Below are positions 29,673 to 38,800 of a stretch of 64,000 nt of DNA, one piece after another. This DNA comes from Candidatus Methylomirabilia bacterium (GTDB lineage Bacteria > Methylomirabilota > Methylomirabilia > Rokubacteriales > CSP1-6). Location: positions 64,001 to 128,000 of the forward strand of contig JBGQHJ010000001.1 in assembly GCA_041497895.1 (NCBI GenBank), given 5' to 3'. The translations under genes and the position numbers were made by a program. The notes below the pieces were generated by a model. It was not told the origin of the DNA. It saw only the letters and a program-made list of their open reading frames with translations, and searched no databases. The stretch's first letter is position 1. The number at the start of each line of letters is the position of its first letter.

Positions 29673-30797
29673 TCATCGGATGGACGCCGCGAAGATCCGC
29701 AGGTAGTTGCCGCCCACGATCTTCGCGGTGTCCGCCGGAGTGAAGCCGCCCCGCAGCATGGCGTCGACCAGGGCGGTGAAGTTGTCGTACTCGGGGTAGA
29801 GCCCCGTGCTCGACGAGGCGTCGGTGCCGATGCTCACGTGGTCGACGCCCACCACGTCCGCCATCTCCTTGAGCCCCTCCACGTAGCGCTCGGGCGTCGC
29901 GAAGAAGTGCCAGATGCCCACGGAGCCGCCGGTCTCGGCGATCGCCCGCGCGTGATCGGGCGTGATCTGCCGCTCCACCAGCGGGGTCTCGCCCTGGGCC
30001 TTCGAGCCGCGCAGCGCGGTGTGGGAGAGCAGCAGCGGCCGGCTGGCGGCCTTCACCGCCTGCTTGACGGTGTCGGCGGTGGCGTGGGCCACGTCGACGA
30101 CCACACCCAGGCGATTGCAGGCGCGGATGACGTCGGCCCCGAACGGGGTCAGGCCGTCGTGGGTGACCGCGCCGGTCTGGAAGTCGCCGATGTCGTTCGG
30201 GGTGTAGTGGACGAGCTGCATGGTGCGGACGCCACGCTGGTACGACTCCTCGAGCCGCTCGAGCTTGCGCTCGAGGAAGTCGAGGCCCTCGATGTCCATG
30301 ATGATCGCGGGCGCGCCCTCCGCGTGGGCGGCCTTCACGTCGGCCGCGGTGAGGATGCGACGGATGCCGTGGTTGGCGCACAGCTCGTCCACCCAGCCGA
30401 GACGCTGCAGGTGGTACCGGTAGAGGAAGCCGGGCTCGGGCTCGCGGAGCGCCCGCAGCACGTTGCTCGCGTCGCGGCCGAGGATGGGACCGTCCGGCAC
30501 GTCGGCCAGGCAGAGCACCGCGATGCGGCCGGCGCGCATGCTCCGGGCCAGGTCGTCGCTCGGCGCCGCGGTCCGCGAGGTGACGCCGTTGGGACCGGCG
30601 TGGGTGTGCACGTCGACCGAGACGTGCTCGCGCAGCAGCTTCGCCGCCGCCGGGTAGGGCATCTCCGCGGTCGCGGCGGCCGGCGCCTCCGGGCGGGCGC
30701 CCGCGCAGCCGGGGACCATCGCCGACGCGGTGGTGAGCAGCGAGCTCCACATCCATTCGCGACGGGTCCAGTGAAGCGCGTGGCCGCAGCAGGTCAT
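29673..30797 (-). CDS. Membrane dipeptidase (M19), probable Tat lipoprotein
   Basis: TRREWM, VPGC; DVHTH, IEG, DVAH, SHT, IGTD. Confidence 0.88.
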   Translation of the reverse strand: MTCCGHALHWTRREWMWSSLLTTASAMVPGCAGARPEAPAAATAEMPYPAAAKLLREHVSVDVHTHAGPNGVTSRTAAPSDDLARSMRAGRIAVLCLADVPDGPILGRDASNVLRALREPEPGFLYRYHLQRLGWVDELCANHGIRRILTAADVKAAHAEGAPAIIMDIEGLDFLERKLERLEESYQRGVRTMQLVHYTPNDIGDFQTGAVTHDGLTPFGADVIRACNRLGVVVDVAHATADTVKQAVKAASRPLLLSHTALRGSKAQGETPLVERQITPDHARAIAETGGSVGIWHFFATPERYVEGLKEMADVVGVDHVSIGTDASSSTGLYPEYDNFTALVDAMLRGGFTPADTAKIVGGNYLRIFAASIR

Positions 30798-30808
30798 GAC
30801 GGGTCTCC

Positions 30809-31642
30809 TCAGCGATTGATTGCGCCGTGCTTGCGCAGGAAGGTGAGCCCCGCCCGCGCGTCGTCCAGGCCCAGCTCCAGCACCCCGGGCAGCGTGGCGA
30901 AGGCGGGATGCCGCGCCACCGCGACCACGCCCATGCCGATGGTCCCGGTGCCGGGAGTGGCGTGGCGATCCCGGTGCGCCCCGCAGGGGAGCTGACAGTC
31001 GTTCAGGTGGAAGGCCACCACGCGCTCGAGCACGCCCTCGGCGGCGAGCGCGTCGGCCAGGCGGGCGCCGCCCTCGTCACCCGAGAGGTCGAAGCCGGCG
31101 GCGTGCAGATGGCAGGTGTCGATGAGCAGGCCGAATTGCTCGGCGGGCGCGCCCACGTCGCGGACGAGGCGGGCCAGCTCCGGAATGGTCTGGCCCAGCT
31201 CGCTGCCCTCGCACGAGTTCTCGAGGAGGAGCCGCGGGCCGGCCGGCATCTTCGCGATCAGCTCGCCGAGCTTGCGGGTGGCGAGGACCAGCGCCTCCTC
31301 CGCGCTCGGGTGGCCCTTGGCGTAGCCCACGTGGAAGCACACCGCGTCGAGCCCGATCTCCGCCGCGACCTTGAGGTCGGCGAGCAGGCTCGAGACCGAC
31401 GAGTTGCGGATGCGGCCCTCGGGACTCGCCAGGTTGACGAGCAGCGAGCCGTGGGCCACGCCCCAGGCACGATGGCCGGCCAGGCCCGCCACCAGCGCGG
31501 CGCGGTCGGGGGGCTCGGGCACGCCGTAGTTCCCGAAGCGGCCGGGGTCGCGCAGGACCGTCTGGTAGACGTCGACGCCCTCCTGGCGGAGGAGAGACGG
31601 GATCGCGGCGAGCGGGGGGCCGATCGACAGTCCGACGCGCAT
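30809..31642 (-). CDS. nfo: Endonuclease IV-like (AP endonuclease 2) protein
   Basis: AHG..VNLASP, FHVG, LLEN, DTCHL, HLND, DRH. Confidence 0.75.
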   Translation of the reverse strand: MRVGLSIGPPLAAIPSLLRQEGVDVYQTVLRDPGRFGNYGVPEPPDRAALVAGLAGHRAWGVAHGSLLVNLASPEGRIRNSSVSSLLADLKVAAEIGLDAVCFHVGYAKGHPSAEEALVLATRKLGELIAKMPAGPRLLLENSCEGSELGQTIPELARLVRDVGAPAEQFGLLIDTCHLHAAGFDLSGDEGGARLADALAAEGVLERVVAFHLNDCQLPCGAHRDRHATPGTGTIGMGVVAVARHPAFATLPGVLELGLDDARAGLTFLRKHGAINR

Positions 31643-31842
31643 CCTCGGTACTCTACCACTCTCGCGCGCGGCGGGCGGAACCGGCGGCCGGGGCGGGGCT
31701 CCCTCCCGGGAACACGCTGCATCGCATCCCGATGCGCCGTCTCGATCGAGCCACGAGATCATCGGTGGCTGGCTTCGACGACGCGCAGAAGCCACGGTTC
31801 CCGGGAGGGAGCCCCGCCCCGGCCGCCGGCCCCGCCCTTGGG

Positions 31843-32859
31843 CTAGTTGGATGCCGACGAGCTAGAGGCTTTCAGGTGCGGGAGGACGGCGCGGCCGAAC
31901 AGCTCGACGGTCTGCACCGGATCCGCGGACAGGCTCACCGTGAACATGAGCTGGGTGACCCCGGCCGCCTCGGCGGCGCGGACCTGGGCGAGGCAGTCCT
32001 CCGGCGCGCCCGCGACGGCGAGGCGCGCGCGCAGGTAGTCGAAGATTCCGAGGCGGCGCGTGAGCCCGGGGTCCATCTCGCGCAGCCGCGTGGTGTAGGT
32101 GGCGCGCAGCTCGCGCACCGCGGGCACCAGCGCGGCCGGAACCCCACGGCCCTCCGGATCCGGCCCCAGGATGTAGGCGGCCACGAAGCCCAGGATGTTG
32201 CCGAGCTTGTCGAGCGCCTCCTCGCGCCGCTCCGCCACGTCGAGACAGGCGATGGACCACACGTCGACCGCGTCGGCGGGCCGATTCGCGCCCGCCGCGC
32301 CCTCCGTGATCAGGGCGCGGACCCGCCTCACCTCGGCCGCGCCGAGCCCGTAGTTCACGAACGCACCGTCGGCGGCGGCGCCCACCGCCCGGAGCGCGGC
32401 CGGCCCCGACGCGGCCGCGTAGACCGGCACCGAGCGCTTGATCCAGGGCAGATGCGTGGCCGCGCCCCGCCAGGAGGCGGGCGCGCCGGAGAGCGCGGTC
32501 TTGAGGAACGCGATGCCCTCGCGCAGGTCGGCCGCGCTGCTGCGCGCGCCGCCCACGTTGGTGACGCCGCTGTGCCCGGCGCCGATGCCGAGGATGGTCC
32601 GACCCTCCGCGGTGGCGTCGACCGAGGCCGCCGCGGAGGCGGTGATCGCCGGATGCCGCGTGACCAGGTTGGTCACGCAGGTGGCGAGCCGCACCCGCGA
32701 CGTGGCCGCCGCCGCGATCGTCATGGCCACCCACGGGTCGAGGGCGTTGCCCGGGGTGTCGGCGATGCCGACGAGGTCGAAGCCCAGCTCCTCGCCGAGG
32801 CGGGCCATGCGCGCGGTGTACTCCGGCGTGTACGGCCAGAAGAAGAAGCCGACGCGCAT
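31843..32859 (-). CDS. LLM class (Mer-like) oxidoreductase
   Basis: GFDLVGIAD, VTNLVTRHP, GRTILGIGAG. Confidence 0.88.
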   Translation of the reverse strand: MRVGFFFWPYTPEYTARMARLGEELGFDLVGIADTPGNALDPWVAMTIAAAATSRVRLATCVTNLVTRHPAITASAAASVDATAEGRTILGIGAGHSGVTNVGGARSSAADLREGIAFLKTALSGAPASWRGAATHLPWIKRSVPVYAAASGPAALRAVGAAADGAFVNYGLGAAEVRRVRALITEGAAGANRPADAVDVWSIACLDVAERREEALDKLGNILGFVAAYILGPDPEGRGVPAALVPAVRELRATYTTRLREMDPGLTRRLGIFDYLRARLAVAGAPEDCLAQVRAAEAAGVTQLMFTVSLSADPVQTVELFGRAVLPHLKASSSSASN

Positions 32860-32866
32860 CGGCGCG

Positions 32867-34117
32867 CTACGGCTTGGCCGGGGGATAGTCGCGCGAGTAG
32901 GGCGGGCTCTTGAGGAACTCCTCCGGCTTGTAGGTCCAGAACTGCGAGACCGCCGGGTAGGTGTGGATGACGGTGGTGGCGAGCTTGCCGCCCACCCGGT
33001 CCACCCGCAGGACGTAGACGTTCTCGGTCGGGTTGCCCCAGTCGTCGAGCTTGATCGGCCCGCGCGGATCCGGGGTGGTCTCGATGGCCCGCCGGATGGC
33101 GGCCACGAGCTTCTCGCGGTCCTCGACCTGGCCCTTCAGCGCCTCCGCGGCCTCCGCGATCCAGCGCCCGCTGCTGTACATGATCGCGTGGAAGTAGGCA
33201 GGGGTGCGCCCGAGCTTGCCCTCCGCCAGCTTCATGAAGGTCTGATTGGCGGGGGTCTGCAACGTCGGGCTCCAGAGGAGCGTGCCGATGGTGCCGACCG
33301 CCTCGTCGCCCATGCTGCGCAGCGCGCTCTCGTCGATCATCACCCCGGTGCCGATGAGCGGGGTCTTGCCCTTGAGGCCGGCCTCGCCGTACTGCTTGAC
33401 GAAGCGCACCGCCTGCCCGGCGACGAAGACCGCGCACACCGCGTCGACGTCCTTGACCACCTGGGAGAGGTATGGCGCGAAGTCGAGCGCGTTGAGCGGC
33501 ACCCAGATCTTCTGGACCACCCGCCCGCCCGCGTCCTCGAACACCCGCTGGAAGCCGCCCGCCTCCTCGTGGCCGAAGCCGTTGTCCATCGCGAGGACCG
33601 CCACCCGCTTGTACTTGAGCGTCTTCGCCGCGTAGTCGCCGAGCGGGTGCATGATCTGGCTCGCGGCGAAGTTGGAGCGGAGGATCCACTTGGCGACCTT
33701 GCGCTTGGTGAGGTCGTCCGGGGTGGTGAGGAAGAGCGTCGGCAGCTGGTCCTTCTCGATGAGCGGCACCAGGCCGTTGCCGACGTTGACGAGCAGCACC
33801 CCGGTGAGCACGTGGATCTTGTCGTGGCCCACCAGCTTGCGGTACTTGGCGATGGCGGTCGCGGGGTTGCCCTCGGTGTCCTCCTCGATCAGCTCGATCT
33901 TGCGCCCGCCCGCCTGGTAGTTGACCTGCTCGAGCGACATCTTGAGCCCGTCGAGCATGTCCTTGCCCGCCTGGGCGAAGATGCCGGTGAGCGGGGCGAG
34001 GAAGCCGATGCGGATGGTCTCCGCCGCCGCGGCCGGGCCGGCCCCGAGCGCGACGACCGTGAGGAGGACGAGCGCCGCGTGGACCGCCGGCCGGCGCGCT
34101 ATTCGCAGAACTTGCAC
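32867..34117 (-). CDS. Branched-chain amino acid (Liv-type) ABC substrate-binding protein
   Basis: GTG start overlapping upstream paralog; IRIGFLAPLTG; paralog of 34099-35331. Confidence 0.88.
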   Translation of the reverse strand: MQVLRIARRPAVHAALVLLTVVALGAGPAAAAETIRIGFLAPLTGIFAQAGKDMLDGLKMSLEQVNYQAGGRKIELIEEDTEGNPATAIAKYRKLVGHDKIHVLTGVLLVNVGNGLVPLIEKDQLPTLFLTTPDDLTKRKVAKWILRSNFAASQIMHPLGDYAAKTLKYKRVAVLAMDNGFGHEEAGGFQRVFEDAGGRVVQKIWVPLNALDFAPYLSQVVKDVDAVCAVFVAGQAVRFVKQYGEAGLKGKTPLIGTGVMIDESALRSMGDEAVGTIGTLLWSPTLQTPANQTFMKLAEGKLGRTPAYFHAIMYSSGRWIAEAAEALKGQVEDREKLVAAIRRAIETTPDPRGPIKLDDWGNPTENVYVLRVDRVGGKLATTVIHTYPAVSQFWTYKPEEFLKSPPYSRDYPPAKP

Positions 34118-35331
34118 GGCGGGTAGTTCCGGTCGTAGGCCGGGAGCTTGAGGTACTCGTCCTGCTTGTAGGTCCAGAACTGCGAGACGTTCGGGTAGGT
34201 GTGCACGACCGTGTTCTGGAGCTTGCCGCCCACCCGCTCCACCTTGCGGATGTAGACGTTCTCGATCGGGTTGCCGAGGTCGTCCATCTTCATGGGGCCA
34301 CGCGCGTCGTCCGAGATCTCCACCTTGCGGAGCGCGGCGATGAGCTTCTCCTTGTTCTCGGCCTCGCCGTTGATGGCCTTGAGCGCCTCGTAGTAGAAGC
34401 GCGCGCCGGTGTAGCCCTGCGCGGAATACAGCGAGGTCCCGCGGCCGTAGCGCTTCTCGTAGGCGGCCGAGAACTTCCGGTTGGCCGGCGTGTCGAGCGC
34501 GCTGCTGTAGATCAGCGAGGTGACGACCCCGAGCGCCTCGTCGCCCATGCCCTTGAGCACGTTCTCGTCGGTGAGCGTGCCGATGCCGACGAGCGGGATG
34601 CTCTTCAGGCCGGTGTCGCTCCAGGTCTTCAGGAAGCGCGGGGACAGGCCGCCGGTGTGGCACGCGTAGACGCCGTCGATGTCCTTCTTCAGCGACGCCA
34701 GGTAGGGCGCGTAGTCCTGGATTGACAGCGGCGTCCAGATGCGCTGCACCACCTTGCCCCCCAGCTCCTCGAACACGCGCTGGAAGCCGGCGGTGGTCTC
34801 CCAGCCGAACGCGTAGTCCATGCTGATGGTCGCCACCCGCCGCAGCTTGAGCTGCCTGTACGCGTAGTCGCCGAGCGGATGGGTGGCCTGGCTCCCCGAG
34901 GCCGAGGTGCGCACGACCCAGCGGCCCGGCTTGCGCTGCGTGATGTCGTCGGGCGCGGTCACCGGATAGACGGTCGGGATCTTGTTCTGCTCGATGTAGG
35001 GCGCGATCGCGTAGCCGGTGGCGGCGAGCAGCCCGCCCGCGATGGTGTGGACCTTCTCCTGCTCCACCAGACGGCGCACCTTGGTCAGCGCGCCGGTCGG
35101 CTCCGGGTCGGAGTCCTCCACGATGACCTTCACCTCGCGGCCCGCGACCTTGTTGCCGACCTCCTCCCAGAAGAGGTTGAAGCCGTCGGTCATGTCCTTG
35201 CCGGTCTGCGAGAAGTTGCCGGTGAGCGGTCCGAAGTAGCCGATGCGGATTGGGTCGGCCGCGCGGGCCGGGCGGGCCGTCGCGGCCGCCATCGCCCCGC
35301 TCATGGTCACGAGGAACTGTCGCCTGTGCAT
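34099..35331 (-). CDS. Liv-type ABC substrate-binding protein, Tat signal
   Basis: HRRQFL; IRIGYFGPLTG. Confidence 0.9.
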   Translation of the reverse strand: MHRRQFLVTMSGAMAAATARPARAADPIRIGYFGPLTGNFSQTGKDMTDGFNLFWEEVGNKVAGREVKVIVEDSDPEPTGALTKVRRLVEQEKVHTIAGGLLAATGYAIAPYIEQNKIPTVYPVTAPDDITQRKPGRWVVRTSASGSQATHPLGDYAYRQLKLRRVATISMDYAFGWETTAGFQRVFEELGGKVVQRIWTPLSIQDYAPYLASLKKDIDGVYACHTGGLSPRFLKTWSDTGLKSIPLVGIGTLTDENVLKGMGDEALGVVTSLIYSSALDTPANRKFSAAYEKRYGRGTSLYSAQGYTGARFYYEALKAINGEAENKEKLIAALRKVEISDDARGPMKMDDLGNPIENVYIRKVERVGGKLQNTVVHTYPNVSQFWTYKQDEYLKLPAYDRNYPPCKFCE

Positions 35332-35416
35332 GGACTGCCTCCTCTTCAGCGAGGAACTGCGGTGCCTGGGCCGCTACCTTAGGGAGCGCGTCACGGTTTG
35401 TCAACCGTGGCGGGCC

Positions 35417-35445
35417 TTGACAGCCCGGGATCGTATCGGCAGAGT
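35417..35445 (+). promoter_or_regulatory. Sigma70-type promoter, probably leaderless
   Basis: TTGACA-17nt-CAGAGT, ending 6 nt before ATG 35452; no SD. Confidence 0.55.
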
Positions 35446-35451
35446 CGGGCC

Positions 35452-36609
35452 ATGCTCAACGCCACCCGGGATCTCGTCCTGCCCACCACCATCACCGGCT
35501 CATACCCGCGCCCGCACTGGTTCAGCGAGGAGCTGCGGGGGCGGAGCTTCAAGGACGCGCTCGGCGACTCGCGCTTCCGCGAGCAGTACCTGGACGCGGT
35601 GGCGTGCTTGGTGCGGGAGCAGGAGCTGGCCGGGCTCGACCTGGTCACCGACGGCGACTCCCGCTTCGACCTCACGGTGGGCGGCAAGTCGTGGTTCTAC
35701 TACGTGATCGAGCGCCTCCGGGGCATCACCGGCGCCCAGGACCGCTCGACCGGCGGGGGCTGGAAGGCGCTGCGCCCGGGCCACATCCTCTACGAGGTGA
35801 TGGAGGCGTACCAGCCCGCGGTGGTGGGGGAGGCGCTCGGGCGCGGGCCGCTCCAGTACTCGGCGCTCTTCAAGATCGCCCAGCGGCTCTCGGCCAAGCC
35901 GGTGAAGTTCGGGGCGATCACCGCCCAGTCGCTCGCCAAGATGCTGGTGAACCGCCACTACGCGGGCGACCACGACGTGATCCTGGCCCTGGCCGACATC
36001 TTCAACGCCGAGCTCCGCGAGGTCGCCGCCGCGGGCTGCCGGGTCATCCAGGTGGAGGAGCCGCAGCACCACATCGCGGGGGCGGCGGGGGCCACCGACC
36101 GAGATCTCGAGTTCTACACCGAGTCGGTGAACCGGGAGATCGCCGGCGTCGACACCGAGATCTGGCTGCACACCTGCTGGGGCAACCCGAACCAGCAGCC
36201 GCTGCACTGGGAGCGGCCGTCCTACGAGCGGTCGCTGCCGTACCTGCTGGCCACCAACGCCGACGTGATCACGCTCGAGTGCGCCTCCACCAACGGGCGC
36301 GACCTGCCCCTGCTCGCGAAGCACCGGACCGACAAGAAGATCGCGATCGGGGTGGTGAATCACTCGACGGCGGCGGTGGAGCCGCCGGAGGTGGTGGCCG
36401 CGCTCATCCGGCGCGCGCTCGAGTACGTGCCGCCGGAGCGGCTGATCCTGTCCACCGACTGCGGCTTCGGCCGCGAGGGGCTCGCCCGGCGGATCGCCTT
36501 CTACAAGAGCGTGGCCATCAACCTGGGCGCCAACATCGTGCGCCGGGAGCTGAAGCTGCCGGAGGTGGAGATCCCGGCCGCCGATCCGCGCTTCACCTTC
36601 GCCGGCTGA
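35452..36609 (+). CDS. Cobalamin-independent methionine synthase II family (single-barrel) protein
   Basis: GSYPRP, TDG, LHTCWGN and TDCG zinc ligands. Confidence 0.88.
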   Translation: MLNATRDLVLPTTITGSYPRPHWFSEELRGRSFKDALGDSRFREQYLDAVACLVREQELAGLDLVTDGDSRFDLTVGGKSWFYYVIERLRGITGAQDRSTGGGWKALRPGHILYEVMEAYQPAVVGEALGRGPLQYSALFKIAQRLSAKPVKFGAITAQSLAKMLVNRHYAGDHDVILALADIFNAELREVAAAGCRVIQVEEPQHHIAGAAGATDRDLEFYTESVNREIAGVDTEIWLHTCWGNPNQQPLHWERPSYERSLPYLLATNADVITLECASTNGRDLPLLAKHRTDKKIAIGVVNHSTAAVEPPEVVAALIRRALEYVPPERLILSTDCGFGREGLARRIAFYKSVAINLGANIVRRELKLPEVEIPAADPRFTFAG

Positions 36610-36623
36610 CCGAAGGACATTTC

Positions 36624-36656
36624 CCCTCTCCCTACCGGGAGAGGGCAGGCTGAGGG
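36624..36656 (-). repeat. REP-like palindromic repeat, degenerate intergenic copy
   Basis: ccctctccc-tacc-gggagaggg-caggctgaggg, same family as 357-392. Confidence 0.7.
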
Positions 36657-36664
36657 AGGAGACT

Positions 36665-37615
36665 ATGGCACTCATCAAGGTGCGAGACCTGGCGTGGGCG
36701 CGCATGCGCGCCCCGGACCTGGACGCGATGGAGGAGTTCCTCACCCACTTCGGCCTGACCCGCGCCGCGCGAACCCCGACCGCGCTCTACATGCGCGGGA
36801 CGGACCCGGCCCACCACATCCACGTCACCGAGAAGGCGGACAACGCCGGCTTCGTGGGCTTCGCGTACCACGCGGCGAGCGAGGCCGACCTGGCGCGGGT
36901 GGCCACCGCTCCCGGCGCGTCCGCGGTGGAGCCGCTCGGCGAGCCGGGTGGCGGCAAGCGGGTGCGGCTGCGCGAGCCGAACGGCTACCAGGTCGAGGTG
37001 ATCTGGGGGCTCGAGGTGCTGCCGCCGATCCCGGTGCCGCACACGCCGATGAACACCGGGGTCGAGCCCCTGCGCCGCGCGGGGACCTTGATGCGGCTGC
37101 GCAAGTCGCCGACCCCGATCAAGCGCATCGGCCACGGGGTGATGGGCACCCCGAAGGTCCGCGAGACCGTGCAGTGGTTCCGCGACACCCTCGGGTTCAT
37201 CGGCTCGGACGACGTGTACGCCGGGCAGAAGGACAACCTGATCGGCTCGTTCAACCGCTGCGACCAGGGCGACGAGTACGTCGACCACCACACGCTGTTC
37301 TGCGTGCGCAACGAGCGGGCGGGTCTGAACCACGTCTCGTTCGAGGTGCCGGACGTGGACGCGGTCTTCAAGGACCACGAGTACATCGCCCGGCTCGGCA
37401 AGTACGAGCACATGTGGGGCGTGGGCCGGCACCTCCTGGGCAGCCAGGTCTACGACTACTGGTGCGACCCGTGGGGTCGCGTGCACGAGCGCTGGGCGGA
37501 CACCGACCGCCTGAACGCCCGGAGCGGATCCAATCTGCTGTCGGCCGAAGAGGGGCTCGTGAGCCAGTGGGGCGAAGACCCGCCCGAGCGGTTCATCCGT
37601 CACGTGACGACGTAG
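36665..37615 (+). CDS. Two-domain VOC extradiol dioxygenase-like protein
   Basis: RIGHG, DHH, NHVSFE, WGVGRH, DYWCDPWGRVHE. Confidence 0.85.
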   Translation: MALIKVRDLAWARMRAPDLDAMEEFLTHFGLTRAARTPTALYMRGTDPAHHIHVTEKADNAGFVGFAYHAASEADLARVATAPGASAVEPLGEPGGGKRVRLREPNGYQVEVIWGLEVLPPIPVPHTPMNTGVEPLRRAGTLMRLRKSPTPIKRIGHGVMGTPKVRETVQWFRDTLGFIGSDDVYAGQKDNLIGSFNRCDQGDEYVDHHTLFCVRNERAGLNHVSFEVPDVDAVFKDHEYIARLGKYEHMWGVGRHLLGSQVYDYWCDPWGRVHERWADTDRLNARSGSNLLSAEEGLVSQWGEDPPERFIRHVTT

Positions 37616-37947
37616 CCGGGCCGCTGGCCCGGCTGCGGCGGATCTGCCGGTCCCTGCCCGGGACCAGCGAGAAGGTCTCGCACGGGGAGCCCACGTTCTG
37701 GGTGGGCGGGCGGATGTTCGCCCAGCTCGACAACCACCACCACGGCGCCGCGCACGTGGCGGTCTGGCTCGCGATGCCGCTGGGCGCCCAGGAAGCGCTG
37801 ATCTATGCGGACCCGAAGCGGTACTTCGTGCCGCCCTACGTGGGCAAGCGCGGCTGGGTGGGCATGCGCCTCGACGGCCGCCCGAGCTGGAGGAAGGCCG
37901 AGCGGGTCGTGCGCGAGGCCTACGCCTTCATCGCCACGCCCGGCTAG
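37612..37947 (+). CDS. MmcQ/YjbR family protein (start codon unclear)
   Basis: LRRIC..LPG..E..SHGEPTF...F, P.YF.PPYVG.RGW; no in-frame ATG/GTG/TTG at the expected N-terminus. Confidence 0.75.
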   Translation, partial: VAGPLARLRRICRSLPGTSEKVSHGEPTFWVGGRMFAQLDNHHHGAAHVAVWLAMPLGAQEALIYADPKRYFVPPYVGKRGWVGMRLDGRPSWRKAERVVREAYAFIATPG

Positions 37948-38687
37948 GACCAGACCTCCTTGGGAAACGGGAGCCCCTCCAGATCGGCGTCGGTGAGCGG
38001 CGCGTCCTTCGCCACGCGCATCTCATCGAGGAACCAGTAGATCTGCCGCAGGTGCTGGGCGGTGTGCCACGTCGTGCGCTCCATGAACTCGGGCGCCGAC
38101 TGGGGCCCGTAGTAGGTGCTGACCTGGCCGTCGCACCAGCCGGGGCGGGCGAAGTAGGCCCGGAGGCGCTGACGCACCGTCTCGCCGTAACGCGCCACCG
38201 CCTCGCCGTCGGCCATCTCGCGGGGCGCGTTCTCCTCGAACCACGCTCCGTCGAGATGCCCCTGCTCGCGGGTGTCCGCGAACGAGGCGGCCACCCGGAA
38301 GACGTGGAACCCGAGCTGGCGCACGGTGCGATCGCGCCCCGGGTACTTCATGCCGAGATGCTCACGCGGCACCTGGCGCATCGCCCGCTGGGTGGCGGCG
38401 AGGACCATGTCCATGCGCTCGGCCAACTCGGGCGGGGTCAGCTTCTTGGGCGCGCGGTAGCGCACGCCGACCAGCTCTGCGAGGGCCTGCGGGTTCCAGC
38501 CGTGCACGATGCGGTCCCCCACGATGGTCGCGGGTACCCGCTGCACCCCGAAGGCGGTCAGATCGGCGCGCCGCTCCGGCTGGGCCTCGACGTCGAAGCC
38601 CTCGAAGGTGACTCCCCATGACGAAAGCAACTCTTTCGTCTTGGCGCAGGAGCTTCAGCCCTGGCGGTAGTAGACGCGGGCGCTCAT
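37944..38687 (-). CDS. Selenoprotein: glutaredoxin-like (UxxC) domain fused to DinB-like domain, 247 aa
   Basis: MSARVYYRQG-U(TGA 38657-38655)-SSCAKTKELL...QRVP; C-terminal H...WHTAQH; SECIS-like hairpin directly downstream of TGA. Confidence 0.85.
38611..38654 (-). promoter_or_regulatory. Bacterial SECIS-like element
   Basis: GACGAAAG-AGUUG-CUUUCGUC perfect 8-bp stem plus lower CCA/UGG and CUCC/GGAG pairing; loop begins 22 nt after UGA. Confidence 0.8.
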
Positions 38688-38800
38688 AGCGCGGTCATCT
38701 GCAGCCATTCTCGGCTCCTCGTTAGCACTGAAGTGACTGACAAGAGCAACTCGTCATCCTTCGGCTTCTCAATATACCGCAAGAGCTCAGCCTCGTTTAG
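38684..38800 (-). pseudogene. Possible C-terminal remnant of a response-regulator receiver domain
   Basis: LNEAELLRYIEKP-KDDELLLSV resembles the conserved YI.KP...EL segment; no matching N-terminus. Confidence 0.35.

Noticed and set aside
27050..31642. YcaQ-like and endonuclease IV-like genes as self-resistance markers of a genotoxin cluster
   Set aside because: No biosynthetic genes nearby; the QxD motif fits the housekeeping YcaQ-like type
32867..35404. 845-aa single ORF in the track
   Set aside because: It is a shadow frame of the first SBP joined to the real second SBP, which starts at GTG 34117
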